Assembly: GCF_001194135.2 (NCBI RefSeq)
Contig: NC_068981.1
Coordinates: 45,060,227 to 45,124,226 of the forward strand
Length of the DNA stretch: 64,000 bases
Source of the DNA: Octopus bimaculoides
Taxonomy: Eukaryota
Reading direction: 5' to 3'
Shown: piece after piece, positions 24,416 to 36,639 of the stretch
How the letters are laid out: every line of letters starts with the position of its first letter
How positions within the stretch are numbered: position 1 is the stretch's first letter
Position numbers and translations under genes: made by a program
The notes under the pieces: model-generated
What the model was told of the DNA's origin: nothing
Seen by the model: only the letters and a program-made list of their open reading frames with translations
Databases searched by the model: none

Positions 24416-25557
24416 CAAGAATATATATATATATACTCGTTCAGAAGCATATAATGCTTTCTTATATTTCATTACAATGTATATAGAAGTATACTTTATG
24501 TAGACACATACACACAAGCACGCAGACACCATGCACGCACACACGCACGCACGCGCGCACACACAGACACGCACACACAGACACACACACACGCACACAC
24601 ACACATACACACGCACATGCAAACACACGGAGACACAGGATTGTATGTTTGAATATCTATAAGAAACAGCATTTTAAAGTTAATTTGAGTGAAACAATAA
24701 ACCACAGCCGATCATACACACAGTAATCAGTTTCAGCATGTATCAAAATATTGACCCCACTCCGTCTGATATCTTCTGAGTTTATTAGTAACATTCAATA
24801 ATTTTACGTAGACACAGAAGGAAAAAAATATTGATACTCATTTTTCCTCTGGCCAGTCTCATTAGTTTTTCTTTCTTCTTCGTCGACATTATAATCGATG
24901 TTCATAAGAAATTCATTTACTCTATTTGTTACATGTTTACAGTAACGCTTCCAGCAATCTGCTAGTTATTGTTCAGTGACACATATAATGTCTACTGCAG
25001 AGTTCAACATCATAGATTTACGATTCTTGTCTATTTTGTAACAGGCTGTTTGATTACTCGACGCATTGCTGATGTCTAATGTAAGCAAATTATATAGAGC
25101 TTCACCAATGTTTAGATTATATTCTTTCACAATAACCACACATATTTATACACACCATGCTTACTAACACCTAGGAAAAAGATAAACACATACTTCTTCC
25201 TCGATACAAATAATATCACTCAGACACACGTACACTAGCTGTTTAAGGCAGAAATGTCCTCATGCATAGACACTCATATGTATATACATACACACACATA
25301 TTCACATATAACCATACATACACACATGCATACATACTACATGCACACACATATATTTACGTGTGTATATATAATTGAAATTTACAGAAGAACAAAAGAC
25401 GAAGATAGGTGTATAAGCAAAACGCATGTGCGTTAATTTGACGTTCGGCAACGTGAGAAAGTCTTTTACGTTTCGAGACTGAACTCTTCTACCAGATAGG
25501 AAGACGAGGAAATAAATAGAGAGAATAAAAAAAAAAAAACTTTAGCGACCAATCATG

Positions 25558-25700
25558 TGTCGCGTGACCTATAGTTTAGGGTATTAGGCTCAGCATCGTA
25601 AGGTGGTGAGTTCATTTCCGGGCGACGCGTTGTGTCCTCGTGCAAGACACTTTATTTATTTCACGTTGCTCCAGTCCATTCAGCTGGCAAAAATGAGTAG
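25558..25700 (+). mobile_element. SINE type B 5' part (tRNA-like head)
   Basis: cgcgtgacctatagtttagggtatt..gagttcatttcc..gtgtcctcgtgcaagacacttta..gctccagtccattcagctggcaaaaatgag. A/B-box-like motifs; homologous to 28325-28622. Confidence 0.75.
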
Positions 25701-25938
25701 TTTATATATATATATATATATATNNNNNNNNNNNNNNNNNNNNNNNNNNNNNNNNNNNNNNNNNNNNNNNNNNNNNNNNNNNNNNNNNNNNNNNNNNNNN
25801 NNNNNNNNNNNNNNNNNNNNNNNNNNNNNNNNNNNNNNNNNNNNNNNNNNNNNNNNNNNNNNNNNNNNNNNNNNNNNNNNNNNNNNNNNNNNNNNNNNNN
25901 NNNNNNNNNNNNNNNNNNNNNNNNNNNNNNNNNNNNNN

Positions 25939-25980
<42 letters not shown>

Positions 25981-26283
25981 TCTGTTGTGTCTAGGGAGAG
26001 TCATTCTCGTTTTGTTCCTTATAATTTAACACACTCACCGGTAAAATTTCCCTTTATTTCTTATTTTAATTTTCCTAAAATTTTCGTTGCGTCTTACAAA
26101 CTTTTCTATAGTCTTCACTCTGTCCATTATTTACACTGCGTTACATTTTGTTTGTTCGTGTCTCGGTCAGTGTGTGTGTGTGTGCCTATGCATGCATGCA
26201 TGTATGTATGTAGGTATCTATACATGCATGCATGTATGTGTATGCGTATATGTGTGTGCATGCACGTCTTTTATCTTTTAAAT

Positions 26284-26706
26284 CTTTTTCTTGTTTCAGT
26301 CATTTGACTGTGGCCATGCTGGAGCACCGACTTTAGTGGAGCAAATCGACCCCAGGACCTATTCTGTGTAAGCCTAGTACATATTCTATCGGTCTCGTTT
26401 GCCGAACCGCTAAGTAACGGGGACATAAACACACCAGCATCGGTTGTGAAGAGATGTTGGGAGGACAAACACTGACACACAGACATACACACATACACAC
26501 ACACACACACACACACATACACACACACATATACATATATACGACGGGCTTCTTTCACTTTCCGTCTACTATATCCACTCGCAAGGGTTTGGTCAGCCCA
26601 AGGCTACAGTAGAAATCACCTGCCCAAAGTGCCACACAGTGGGACTGAACCCGAAACCATGTGGTTGATAAGCAGGCTACTTACCACACAGCTACTCCTA
26701 TGCCTA
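26284..26706 (-). mobile_element. SINE type A, full length with internal (CA)n
   Basis: Minus strand reads ataggcataggagtagctgtgtggtaagtagcctgcttatcaaccacatggtttcgggttcagtccc...gactgaaacaagaaaaag. Confidence 0.9.
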
Positions 26707-28250
26707 TGTATATATGTATGTATCGAAATCTAAATCGAAATATATATATATATATATGCATATGCAGGTATATTTTATAATCTGTGAATTTCAGTATTCC
26801 ACAGAGGTTCTACTTGCACGTTGTACTTCCTATTTTCGTATAAATGTCATAAATTATTATTTTTTAAAATCTCCAATGCAGATATCATATGAACTGATAA
26901 GTTGAAACGCATATCTAGCTATGTATTTAAATTCAAATTATACTTTCTAGTACACAGAGAAAAAGATGTGCAACGCATACCCATAGTATATATAGAGTTT
27001 TAAAGCAATAAATATAGACAAGAAAATGTGATAACGATACTTGCTACTTATGGTATGATTTGAAGATTTTGGAAGTATATCCATCAACATTTTTATAGTA
27101 AAGCGGTATGCAGGCTGAGTGAGAAATTGAAATATTGAGAGTACTATTCAGGAAAATGAACATAAAAATTTCGAGAAGAATGCAGAAAAGGAAGGCGAAT
27201 ATTTTGAAATTGTTTTTCTGAACCATTTTTTGTTTTGAGAGGAACCGGCGCATGTGTACAGATACAATAAACCAAAATGTAACAAAATTAACCACATGTA
27301 ACAATAGAGTAAATGAATTTGTTATGAACATCGATTATAACGTCGACAGAGACGAAAGAGAAACAGAGAGTATTTGTTTCAGGATGAGTGGATAAAGATG
27401 AGTGGTACATCGGTGATAATTTGGTGCATATATATTTTAGCAAGTTTCAAAGCTTAGTGAAGTTTGTTGTTCAGTTTGGGGATATTATTGATGGTCTATA
27501 GTACTTAGATTTGTAGAATTAAACCGTGTAATAGAAGATTTGAAAAAAGTACGCGAGTGTGTACAGATAAATTATTACTACGAAAAATGTGATGAAATGA
27601 GCAAAATATGTCGCTACGTATATAAGTGGAATACTATAAACAAATATAAAAGCGTGAGTTTATGATAAAATCATGAGAGTAACAGAAAATGATAAAGGGA
27701 AATTCATTCATGGATTTAAATATATTTCCGTCAAACATTTGTTTTTCCTTTAATGAATAAATTTGTGTCATAATATGCAAATAGGTTTATTTTCCTAACT
27801 AAGAACCTTATTATAGGTTTGTGTATATGTTATACTGATTTAGGTTCTCTGTATTTGTAAAACCTTTTCACTAACGTGTTACGATACTTATTCAGTCATT
27901 CAGAAATATTTCACATTGACACTTCAATTAAAAATTCTGCGAATATTGCACTCCTCTATACTTATGTAGTTTTACTCGCTAAATTTTAAAATTCATACAA
28001 AGTATATTGCCCCAAAGCTCCACAAAAATTTTACAGGGATATCGGTTTAATGTTTAGGAGAGGTTGATGATTGATTTGCTATCACCACTAGACTAAGTCT
28101 AGCCTCTTGAACTCCAATGTTGAGTTTTACTTAAATACATATATACTGAAATTGCGATAATTTTATCAAGTCTGCGGGAATTAAAATGACAAAATGTTTG
28201 CTGCTTGGTTTCGCGAAATGTTTGAAGGAAAACTGATGAATGTATAATTG

Positions 28251-29525
28251 AAATTTAAATCTCTTGTTTTGGTAAAAATGCCATATAGTGAAGATGTTTA
28301 TCCGCTAGACCAACATGGTAACGTGTAAAGACCCCTTTTGGACATGAATGGCTATGGAAGTGCACCTAAAATGTTTCCCTCCAAGGTGAATGTCTCAGTA
28401 AGATTGTTTATGGAAGACCATGTGTCGCCCATGCATTCCGGTGTCAATGATGTCATCCAAGGGAAAGTTAAAGGATGATGCAGCTAGGTAAAAGTAACGT
28501 CACAATTCATTTCTTCAGATGAGTGACCTGGAACAAGAAAAAACAACGCACAACCCAGTCAAGAAATCCAACTCATTACCTCTCGACTGGGAATCCGACG
28601 CTCTTTCCATTGACCATGCGCTGTCACGAGACCTACATACGCTACATCATATTCAATGCATGTTTGCTGGAAGGGGTGGCGAGAGGGTAAATACTTTTTT
28701 ATTTGTGTAAAATGTACATCAGTAGTGTAGTACCTTTAACAAAAGTACAATAGCATATATGTGTAAGACTTTGAAAGAAAATCGTCTAGGTCTAGATTAT
28801 CCCTGAACCACAATAAACTATCTGACTTAACAGGGTACATTTTCAAAATGGAGAAAAATATTAGAGACTGAATACAACTTTTAAAGAAATACCATATTGC
28901 AAAATCACACAATAGCAAACCACCTAACAACACTAATACACTGGGTATATAATCTAGGATAATGCCTTAAACATAAATGAAGTAAATACATACCTATGAA
29001 ACGCACAATGCAGAGTAACATAAACCGAAATATAAATGAACAAGAAATATAAATGAACAAGAATGTTGGAAAAATATAAAACAAGTGAATTTTTAAGAGG
29101 CTTCTTTTACCGTCGTTTCATTCTGCTTTAGATATATTTGTTTGTCACGTTTCTGTTGTTTCTATATTTTCTTATAGCAGTCTCTCATTGTAGCCTATAT
29201 TTTGAAATATTTTGTTGTTTTTTGGCTTCCATGAAGTTGGAAATTGGATTTTTTTGTCTATTTTTCATACACATTAGTTTTAGTTTTCCATGACTCTTTG
29301 ATAGATATGTTTTCTACTCCAACAAAGTTTATCTTATTAAAGTCTGTGGCCTTATTAAATACCTGCCACATTGTTTTCGTGTTAAATATAGTCCTTCGAT
29401 TATAGGTTTTGAGCAATTCCATAGCCATTCATGACCGAAAGGGGTCTTTACACGTTACTATGTCGGTCTAGCGGATAAACATCTTCTCTATAATGCATTT
29501 TTAGCAAAACAAGAGATTAAAATTT
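28251..29525. repeat. Inverted repeat of about 115 bp (28251-28365 vs 29410-29525), spacer about 1.05 kb
   Basis: atctcttgttttg.taaaaatgc..tatag.gaagatgtttatccgctagacc.acat.gtaacgtgtaaagacccctt..g.catgaatggctatggaa occurs on opposite strands. Confidence 0.88.
28325..28622 (-). mobile_element. SINE type B, diverged
   Basis: Reverse complement of the head region matches 25558-25700 (cagatgagtgacctggaacaag; aactcattacctc). Confidence 0.65.
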
Positions 29526-31169
29526 TTATTTTATGTTCTGTCAAGTGGAGGTAAGTGATTTGGTGTCTACTTGGGAGTATTTAAAGTGTAACATACCATT
29601 TGAATAGCTGGCGTATTAATGCTTATTGGTGCCTGGAGATGCATATGTAAGATATACATGAGATATTTTTTCTTACATTCGCGTTTGTATCTGCATCCAG
29701 TACTATTTAGCATGTGAAACATTTCAAGAACTGACAGGAAATGATTTAAGATATGAAGATCACTGGAATATGCATCTTCTCTTGGGGATAGATATAATTT
29801 TCACAATTTTCTCGTCTTCATGTAACTTAAAATCTTATACTATTAAAACATTGTATGGTTTATGCATATTCCTATTGTTGGCGTGAATTTATTACTTCCA
29901 TTGGGTACACACCCATCAGTAAAAATAAAAACAATTTAATCCAACAAATAAATAAATTACTTCACAACTACAAATACAAGAAAGCTAAAACAAAAACCAT
30001 CCTAAATATTTGCATACAAGCATCACTAGCGGTTACTACACCTTATAACAAATAGTTTACAAGTATGCATAAAAAATAACGAAATTTCAAGAAACGTATA
30101 AAGAAGAAAATTTTCTCGAAGTAGGACTTTCCAAAAGAACATGAAAAACATACTATTTAAAGAATTACTTGTGAAAACAGTATTAACGTTACATTGTCCC
30201 CTTCATAGAAGTGGGTCATGTACATATCCATTGGATCATATACACGTGACAGATTATTTTGAATAGCAGCAGGTAGGAATATACATTGCTCACAATTAAA
30301 AGTGGTCGGGTTCCGTGATAAAACATTGTGTTTTTACGGTCACCCTAGATGGACTGCGAAGGCTGGGTCGAGGTTGATGGAAATTGAACGCGTATTTCCA
30401 GTCTTGCTAATCTAGCGGAAACCGGTTTTGGGGAGTAAGGTAAGCAGGCAATAACATCGGCAGGTTTTAAAAAAATAGTGGTTTGCTATGAAATAAACAA
30501 TAAGATACGAATCAACAAATTTTTGTAAGCCAGTAGTAATGGAGCAAACGTGAAATGCGGGAGATGTAATGCGAAACTCACTATAGATGCTTCCGAAAAG
30601 CATCGTAAACGATGTGCATGCATCGACATTGGGCTTCGCCCATTTCATTTTACTCTAAAAGACTAAAACTAGATTGTCAGAACTTAGGCATATGATTTGT
30701 AGTGATAGCAGAGGTACAGCGTTGCATCGAAATGACAATGCAGTGTTAGATAAGCGCGTGAGTCTTTATTCCAAGCAAATCTGTGGGATCTACCAGCAGC
30801 AATTTGCTTCACTGTGTGGGACAAGTGGCTGGCGCATTGCAGGATAAATTTCATTGCCTGTCTCGACAGCTTGCCGCAAGTTTCGGCAGCAGAATCGAAG
30901 TAGGCTATTGAGGTAGGTAATAAAATTCTTCAGAGTTTTTCCGTAAAGTCCATAGCAACCATAACATTTGGTAATCATATTTTTACTTTTTATCTCACCT
31001 ACTAACCCTATTACTTCATCACCGTCATCGTTTTTTTATGAACTGAAAGAAATTGTAAAATCGCTTTATAATGTTCTACTAAACAGATAATTATGTAGTA
31101 AATGAAAGAAATCACAATATTTATTGTTAGTCATTTTCTCTTTCTCTTCCTTCGTATTATTATAATATG

Positions 31170-31250
31170 AATGAGTTGTGATTAGTGGTATTTCCTCGTC
31201 CTTTACGTCTGTGTTCAAATGCCGTCGAAGTCGACTCTACCATTCAACAG
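31170..31250 (+). mobile_element. SINE type C fragment (old)
   Basis: ttagtggtatttcctcgtcctttacgtctgtgttcaaatgccgtcgaagtcgac resembles the type C mid-region. Confidence 0.45.
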
Positions 31251-31264
31251 GCTATAGCAAGTAA

Positions 31265-31620
31265 CCTTAAATGCCAAGAACCGTCTTAAGTATCCCAGTT
31301 GTTCCCAATAACACTGTATATTGGAGCTGCACTAAACTAGGTTTCATGTATATTTCCTCTATCCATCTGTTCGAATCTTTATGACTAGTTCCTAATGCAC
31401 ATATATCTACGGGGATATGTTTTACTTGCACATTCCATAGTCTCTATAAATCAATGGCTAGCTTCTGGCACTTTGCTGTTTACACCTCTCATATTGACTT
31501 TTTCACCATTTGGGCCTGTAAAGTCAGTTACCTGTAAAGTCAGCATGGTCAGATCGTATCTTTCTACATCACTCTCAGTGCATTGTTCTCCCTATTTTAT
31601 CGTCTTTTCTTGTATTCCTT
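31265..31620 (-). mobile_element. R4/Dong-like restriction-like endonuclease C-terminal fragment
   Basis: Minus-strand translation: AKCQKLAIDL*RLWNVQVKHIPVDICALGTSHKDSNRWIEEIYMKPSLVQLQ. Parallels LKYGIARLWKMKKVKIMLPIVGSLGT at 46.4-46.5 kb. Confidence 0.7.
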
Positions 31621-32566
31621 CTGTACCAGCATACTTCATGCACTAACTATATATGAGTAACACTTTCTTCATAACCTAAATTGCGAATCTATAATTATTA
31701 TCTTCATGGTGTTGTTTATAAAGTTTATGTATGTCACATCTCTGCTGTCTGTTGTCTGCCTATCTTATTTATTGTACGAAACAATTTACGATACAATACT
31801 ATGTTTGAAAGAAATATTTTCTTGAAGACGTACAAACATTAGATAATTTCATCTGAAACAAATTTATCATCTGCAACTTAATATATATATAGTTCGTATT
31901 TTGGGCAACATGACACTTAGGTAGAACTGAGGGCCATGTATTGCATTTTTATATTCATGTAGATAGAGGAAACTTTATCTCAATACTGTATCTAAACAAT
32001 TCATATATATCTATGACTCATCTAATGAAACCATTTCAGCGCTTTGGTTTAACCTGTTTATTTACATGTCCGAAAATGTGAAAAAAAAAATGAAAGAAAA
32101 ATTAAAGAAGCGAAGATACGTAAAAGTATCTCATATACAATTTTTGCTTTAGACCCACTTTGTAATAGAAATCAATTTATTATATTCCAGCAACGTATTT
32201 TAGTGTGAATGACATTAACATTTTTCGTTTCCTTAATCTAGATATGCATTGTCATGAATTTCATCCGAATCCCAACTGGGACAAACATAAATCATTTGTT
32301 TCTTATTGAGAGGTAAGCGACTGAAACTGTTTCTCTACTCTGTTTTAGAAACAGAATGCGATCATGTTCTAATCAATATTCTCTGTGCCCGTTGAGATTT
32401 TCATTTATGATAATTTGAATTGCAATTGGTTTGACCAAAATATTTTATCATTTTCATTTTTCTTATATTTTTCACATTTTATTATTTTCTTTTCGTTAAT
32501 TTTTTTTTCAAAATGATGAAAATATAGAATAAGAATAAAATAGGCACGAACATACAATAAAAACAA

Positions 32567-32665
<99 letters not shown>

Positions 32666-32675
32666 CAACAACAAC
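32567..32675. repeat. Compound (TAC)n-(TAA)n-(CAA)n microsatellite
   Basis: Direct inspection. Confidence 0.97.
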
Positions 32676-34379
32676 GATATACTTTTTGTAATTATTATAA
32701 TCATTGTTGTTATAATTTTTTCCTATCATTGTTATGCGTTACTGATGTTTTTTGAAATACTGGAACGTGTTCCAAATAAACGATACCAAATATTTAGAAT
32801 GTCTTTGAATCTTGAGGCAGACTTCTGACAACCATACAAATATTCAAATTAATGAAATTAAAACCGTGTACCTAGGATATAAAATTCAGAAATGAAACTA
32901 ATTTCTATTCATTAGAGCGGAACAAATATTAAAATAAAATAAAATGTTAAAGAAAGCATTTAAACAAATATTTAGAGACTGTTTTAAAGTATTACTTTAA
33001 ATTTTACGCTAACGAGTTTATAAGATTTGGTGCAGCTGTGTGTGCATAATTTTAATTATGTGACCAAGTATTCAAATTTTAGATTTACATTCACGGCAAT
33101 GGTGGAGGATGCTAGATATTAAAACAACAAAGAAAAGTGCCGTTTATTAAAATGGGACTTCATATGCGAAATGTATGTAAACGATTGTACGTTTGTAATC
33201 GATTTCATCAATATTTGTATTTTCCAATCCTCTACATCCGAGATGTGTTTCTGTAATTCTGGAAAGTGTGCACTGTAATAGAATCTAACCTACGTCTATC
33301 TTTGTATTGATAACAACACCGGTATCTCATTTTAACCCTTTGCATCAAATCGTGTAAAAATGATCACTGAATAAATAAATTATCAGCATCTTTTAGAGAC
33401 GTACCTTCCCAGATAATAGGATATATGCAAACAAATACTCGATCTGAAATACGATACAAACTGAAGTAACTAGAAAATCCAAATTCTACGCAACACTATG
33501 ACATGATAGAATATATTCTTCAATGGTTCAAAAGCATGTACACGTTGAATGTCACATAAATGTTTGCAACTAAAAACCTTCGCATACCTGAATAACATAC
33601 GCCACGTAATCTATGTAACTTATGAGAAAACAAATAGAGTTCATGAGAAGCGTATCAAACAATAAAAATTCACTTTCAATGGGAAATAATTAAAGTAACC
33701 ATCAAAATTCACAGAATAGCTGTCTTCTTGTAAAGTAATAAAAATGTTCACCTTTACTAGTATTTATATCTGCTGAGCTAAAAAAAAAGAAAGAACATCA
33801 ATAGCTGATCTAGATGAGGAGTTATATTTGTACTATTTCAATAGTGAAACGTTTGGTAATCCAGTCGCAATGTCAGTGTTTAGGAAAATTCTGAACAGGA
33901 TTGAGAAGTAACAACCCTTCTCACTTATATATGCAAGGCCAATCTAATCTTTCCATGATTGTGAATGACAATTTCAATCAAATACAAGTGCTAATAAATT
34001 GTAATAAGCCAAAACCTTCCGGTGACTCTTCTGAAGATTTGAAAATATCCGATCAAACTTTGCTTTTCAAGCCATAGGCAGACAGTAGATTAAATATGCT
34101 AACTTCGCGTATCAAAATGCTATCAGATACCACCAACATATTACTCGAATCCAGAAATTATCAATCTGCTGTAAGTTCCAAACCAACTCAGGCAATAATA
34201 GAATCCTCACGAATTCTTGAATTGCTAATAATGTCTCAGAGCAGGTAATTTGGCTTTCAAACTAAAAACTAGTCAAATACGTTTGTATTGCACACCATAA
34301 GATATTTGAATACATCAAATGTGAAGGTTACTGGCGCACGCACACACATACACACACACACACACATACACACACATAC

Positions 34380-34428
<49 letters not shown>

Positions 34429-34440
34429 CACGCAAACACA

Positions 34441-35330
34441 TATTAGGGATAACCAAGAAAAATTGGTAGTTTGCAATATTATTTTTTTCACTTGTGCATG
34501 TTTTCACATTTATCGCCTTGAAATTATTCTCCATATGAAGCAAAGCATCGGTCCAAACGCGTTTTTCGCTATTGGAAGCAGTGCTGGAATTCTTGTGAAG
34601 TGATGCATTTCAATGCCTCCGTCGTTTTTTACTTTATCTCCTGTACATCTGCAAATTCCCACACACTAGCTTTCGTCACCAGTGATAACATTCGCAAAAA
34701 GGCCCGGATCAAATTCAAGCTGTTTTTTTTAGTTCACGACACGCATTCAGCAGTGGGTTCTTTGAACTTCCGTGAGCAAGCCGAACACAAATCTTACTAC
34801 ATCTATTTTCATTCGCAATTCATCTCTCAAAATTCGTTGACAGGAGTTCCAGCACACACTAGTCATATCAAAAATGTCGTCAATTTTCGGTGATGGTACT
34901 CCAACATCAGTTCATGAAATTTCACTTTTTCATTCCATCGAAGGTCGACTGTGGCACTGAAGGACTTAGGTTTTTGAAGCCAAATGTAACCCTTTCTAAA
35001 GCATGTAAACCACTCGAAAACTTGTGTTTTGCTCGTTGAATCTTTCGTGGGAGCATTTTGAAGCATGACAACTGTTTCGTCCACCGTTTTCCCCGGCAGA
35101 TAACAGAATATCTCAAAAGCACGCTGTTCCTTCGCTTCTACCAAAAATCGACAAACAGGGGAGACGTACTCATAACAAAGACTCACTACGTGGCAGTTCT
35201 ACTATATTGCAAGGCGTATGTCGGAAACTGATGCCTGAGGTCGCATCAACAGGCTTCCAACATCGGAAGTTCTAACTACAAAGAACTTATCCAATAGAGA
35301 ACGTTTATGATTATTTTTGGGTACCTCGCA
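34441..35330 (-). mobile_element. Mariner transposon, internally deleted, non-autonomous
   Basis: EQRAFEIFCYLPGKTVDETVVML..SKTQVFEWF..FRKG (HTH); LEFDPGLFANVITGDES (first catalytic D); QEFQHCFQ*RKTRLDRCFASYGE*FQGD (C-terminus). Degenerate TIR-like ends tattagggataaccaagaaaaa and ttatttttgggtacctcgca. Confidence 0.88.
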
Positions 35331-36639
35331 GATAATTACATATGTACAAAAATAGATATATACACACATAAACACAAAAATTTATGGGCGTATAGATTAT
35401 GCGTTTTTGCGTGTGTGCATATACATACATTTTTATGTACGTGTATAAACATGAGTATAAACATATATGTATCCATGTATGATGCATTACAATTTGTATG
35501 ACTGATGACTATCACATATATATGCCGGTTAAAATATCAATATTACTTCTGTTGATCTCATATTACACAGACATTTATCCTCTCTTGTTATCTGATCGAG
35601 GGGTTTATAATAGCATTAGAAATACCTATACATTTTTGCATAGACTTTTTCCTGATGTATCATTAAACCTATTCCCGAATGAGATTCATTTATTAACTTT
35701 CTGTTTCCAAAATTATTTACTACTCTCAAGAACAATCTAATGTAAAAAGCTAAAATTAAAATACGTTATCATGCAATCACAACAACTAACTGATAATCCT
35801 ATATATTGTTTTACGAGTTTTAATCATTAAGACATTGTCACTGTACCACATTGATCAAGTTTATACTTTTACATAAATGAAATCAGGCGCAGATCTTCGA
35901 CTCATACCCATTTTATCGTTCCCTATGGTTGAATTCACTACATGAAATACGCGAATATGTATGTTTGTATTTCATACACACATACATACGTATACATATA
36001 TGCATATAAATAGATAGAAGATATAGATATGCATATACACACATACATACATGCATACATACATACATATACATACATATATANNNNNNNNNNNNNNNNN
36101 NNNNNNNNNNNNNNNNNNNNNNNNNNNNNNNNNNNNNNNNNNNNNNNNNNNNNNNNNNNNNNNNNNNNNNNNNNNNNNNNNNNNNNNNNNNNNNNNNNNN
36201 NNNNNNNNNNNNNNNNNNNNNNNNNNNNNNNNNNNNNNNNNNNNNNNNNNNNNNNNNNNNNNNNNNNNNNNNNNNNNNNNNNNNNNNNNNNNNNNNNNNN
36301 NNNNNNNNNNNNNNNNNNNNNNNNNNNNNNNNNNNNNNNNNNNNNNNNNNNNNNNNNNNNNNNNNNNNNNNNNNNNNNNNNNNNNNNNNNNNNNNNNNNN
36401 NNNNNNNNNNNNNNNNNNNNNNNNNNNNNNNNNNNNNNNNNNNNNNNNNNNNNNNNNNNNNNNNNNNNNNNNNNNNNNNNNNNNNNNNNNNNNNNNNNNN
36501 NNNNNNNNNNNNNNNNNNTCTCTCTCTCTCCCTCTCTCTCTCTCTCTCTCCCTCTCTCTCTCTCTCTCTCCCTCTCTTCCTGAACAGTTCCACGCTCTCT
36601 CTCACTTTGTCACCTTTCTTCCACAAAATTTCAACTGAT

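Noticed and set aside
28232-28256. CTGATGA...GAAA spacing suggestive of a hammerhead
   Set aside because: The intervening atgtataatt cannot form a credible stem II.
32405-32729. Poly-L/V and poly-I/S ORFs; likewise poly-S/F at 49502-49805 and poly-I at 46328-46924
   Set aside because: Trinucleotide microsatellite read-through; 46328-46924 is also antisense to the R4 element.
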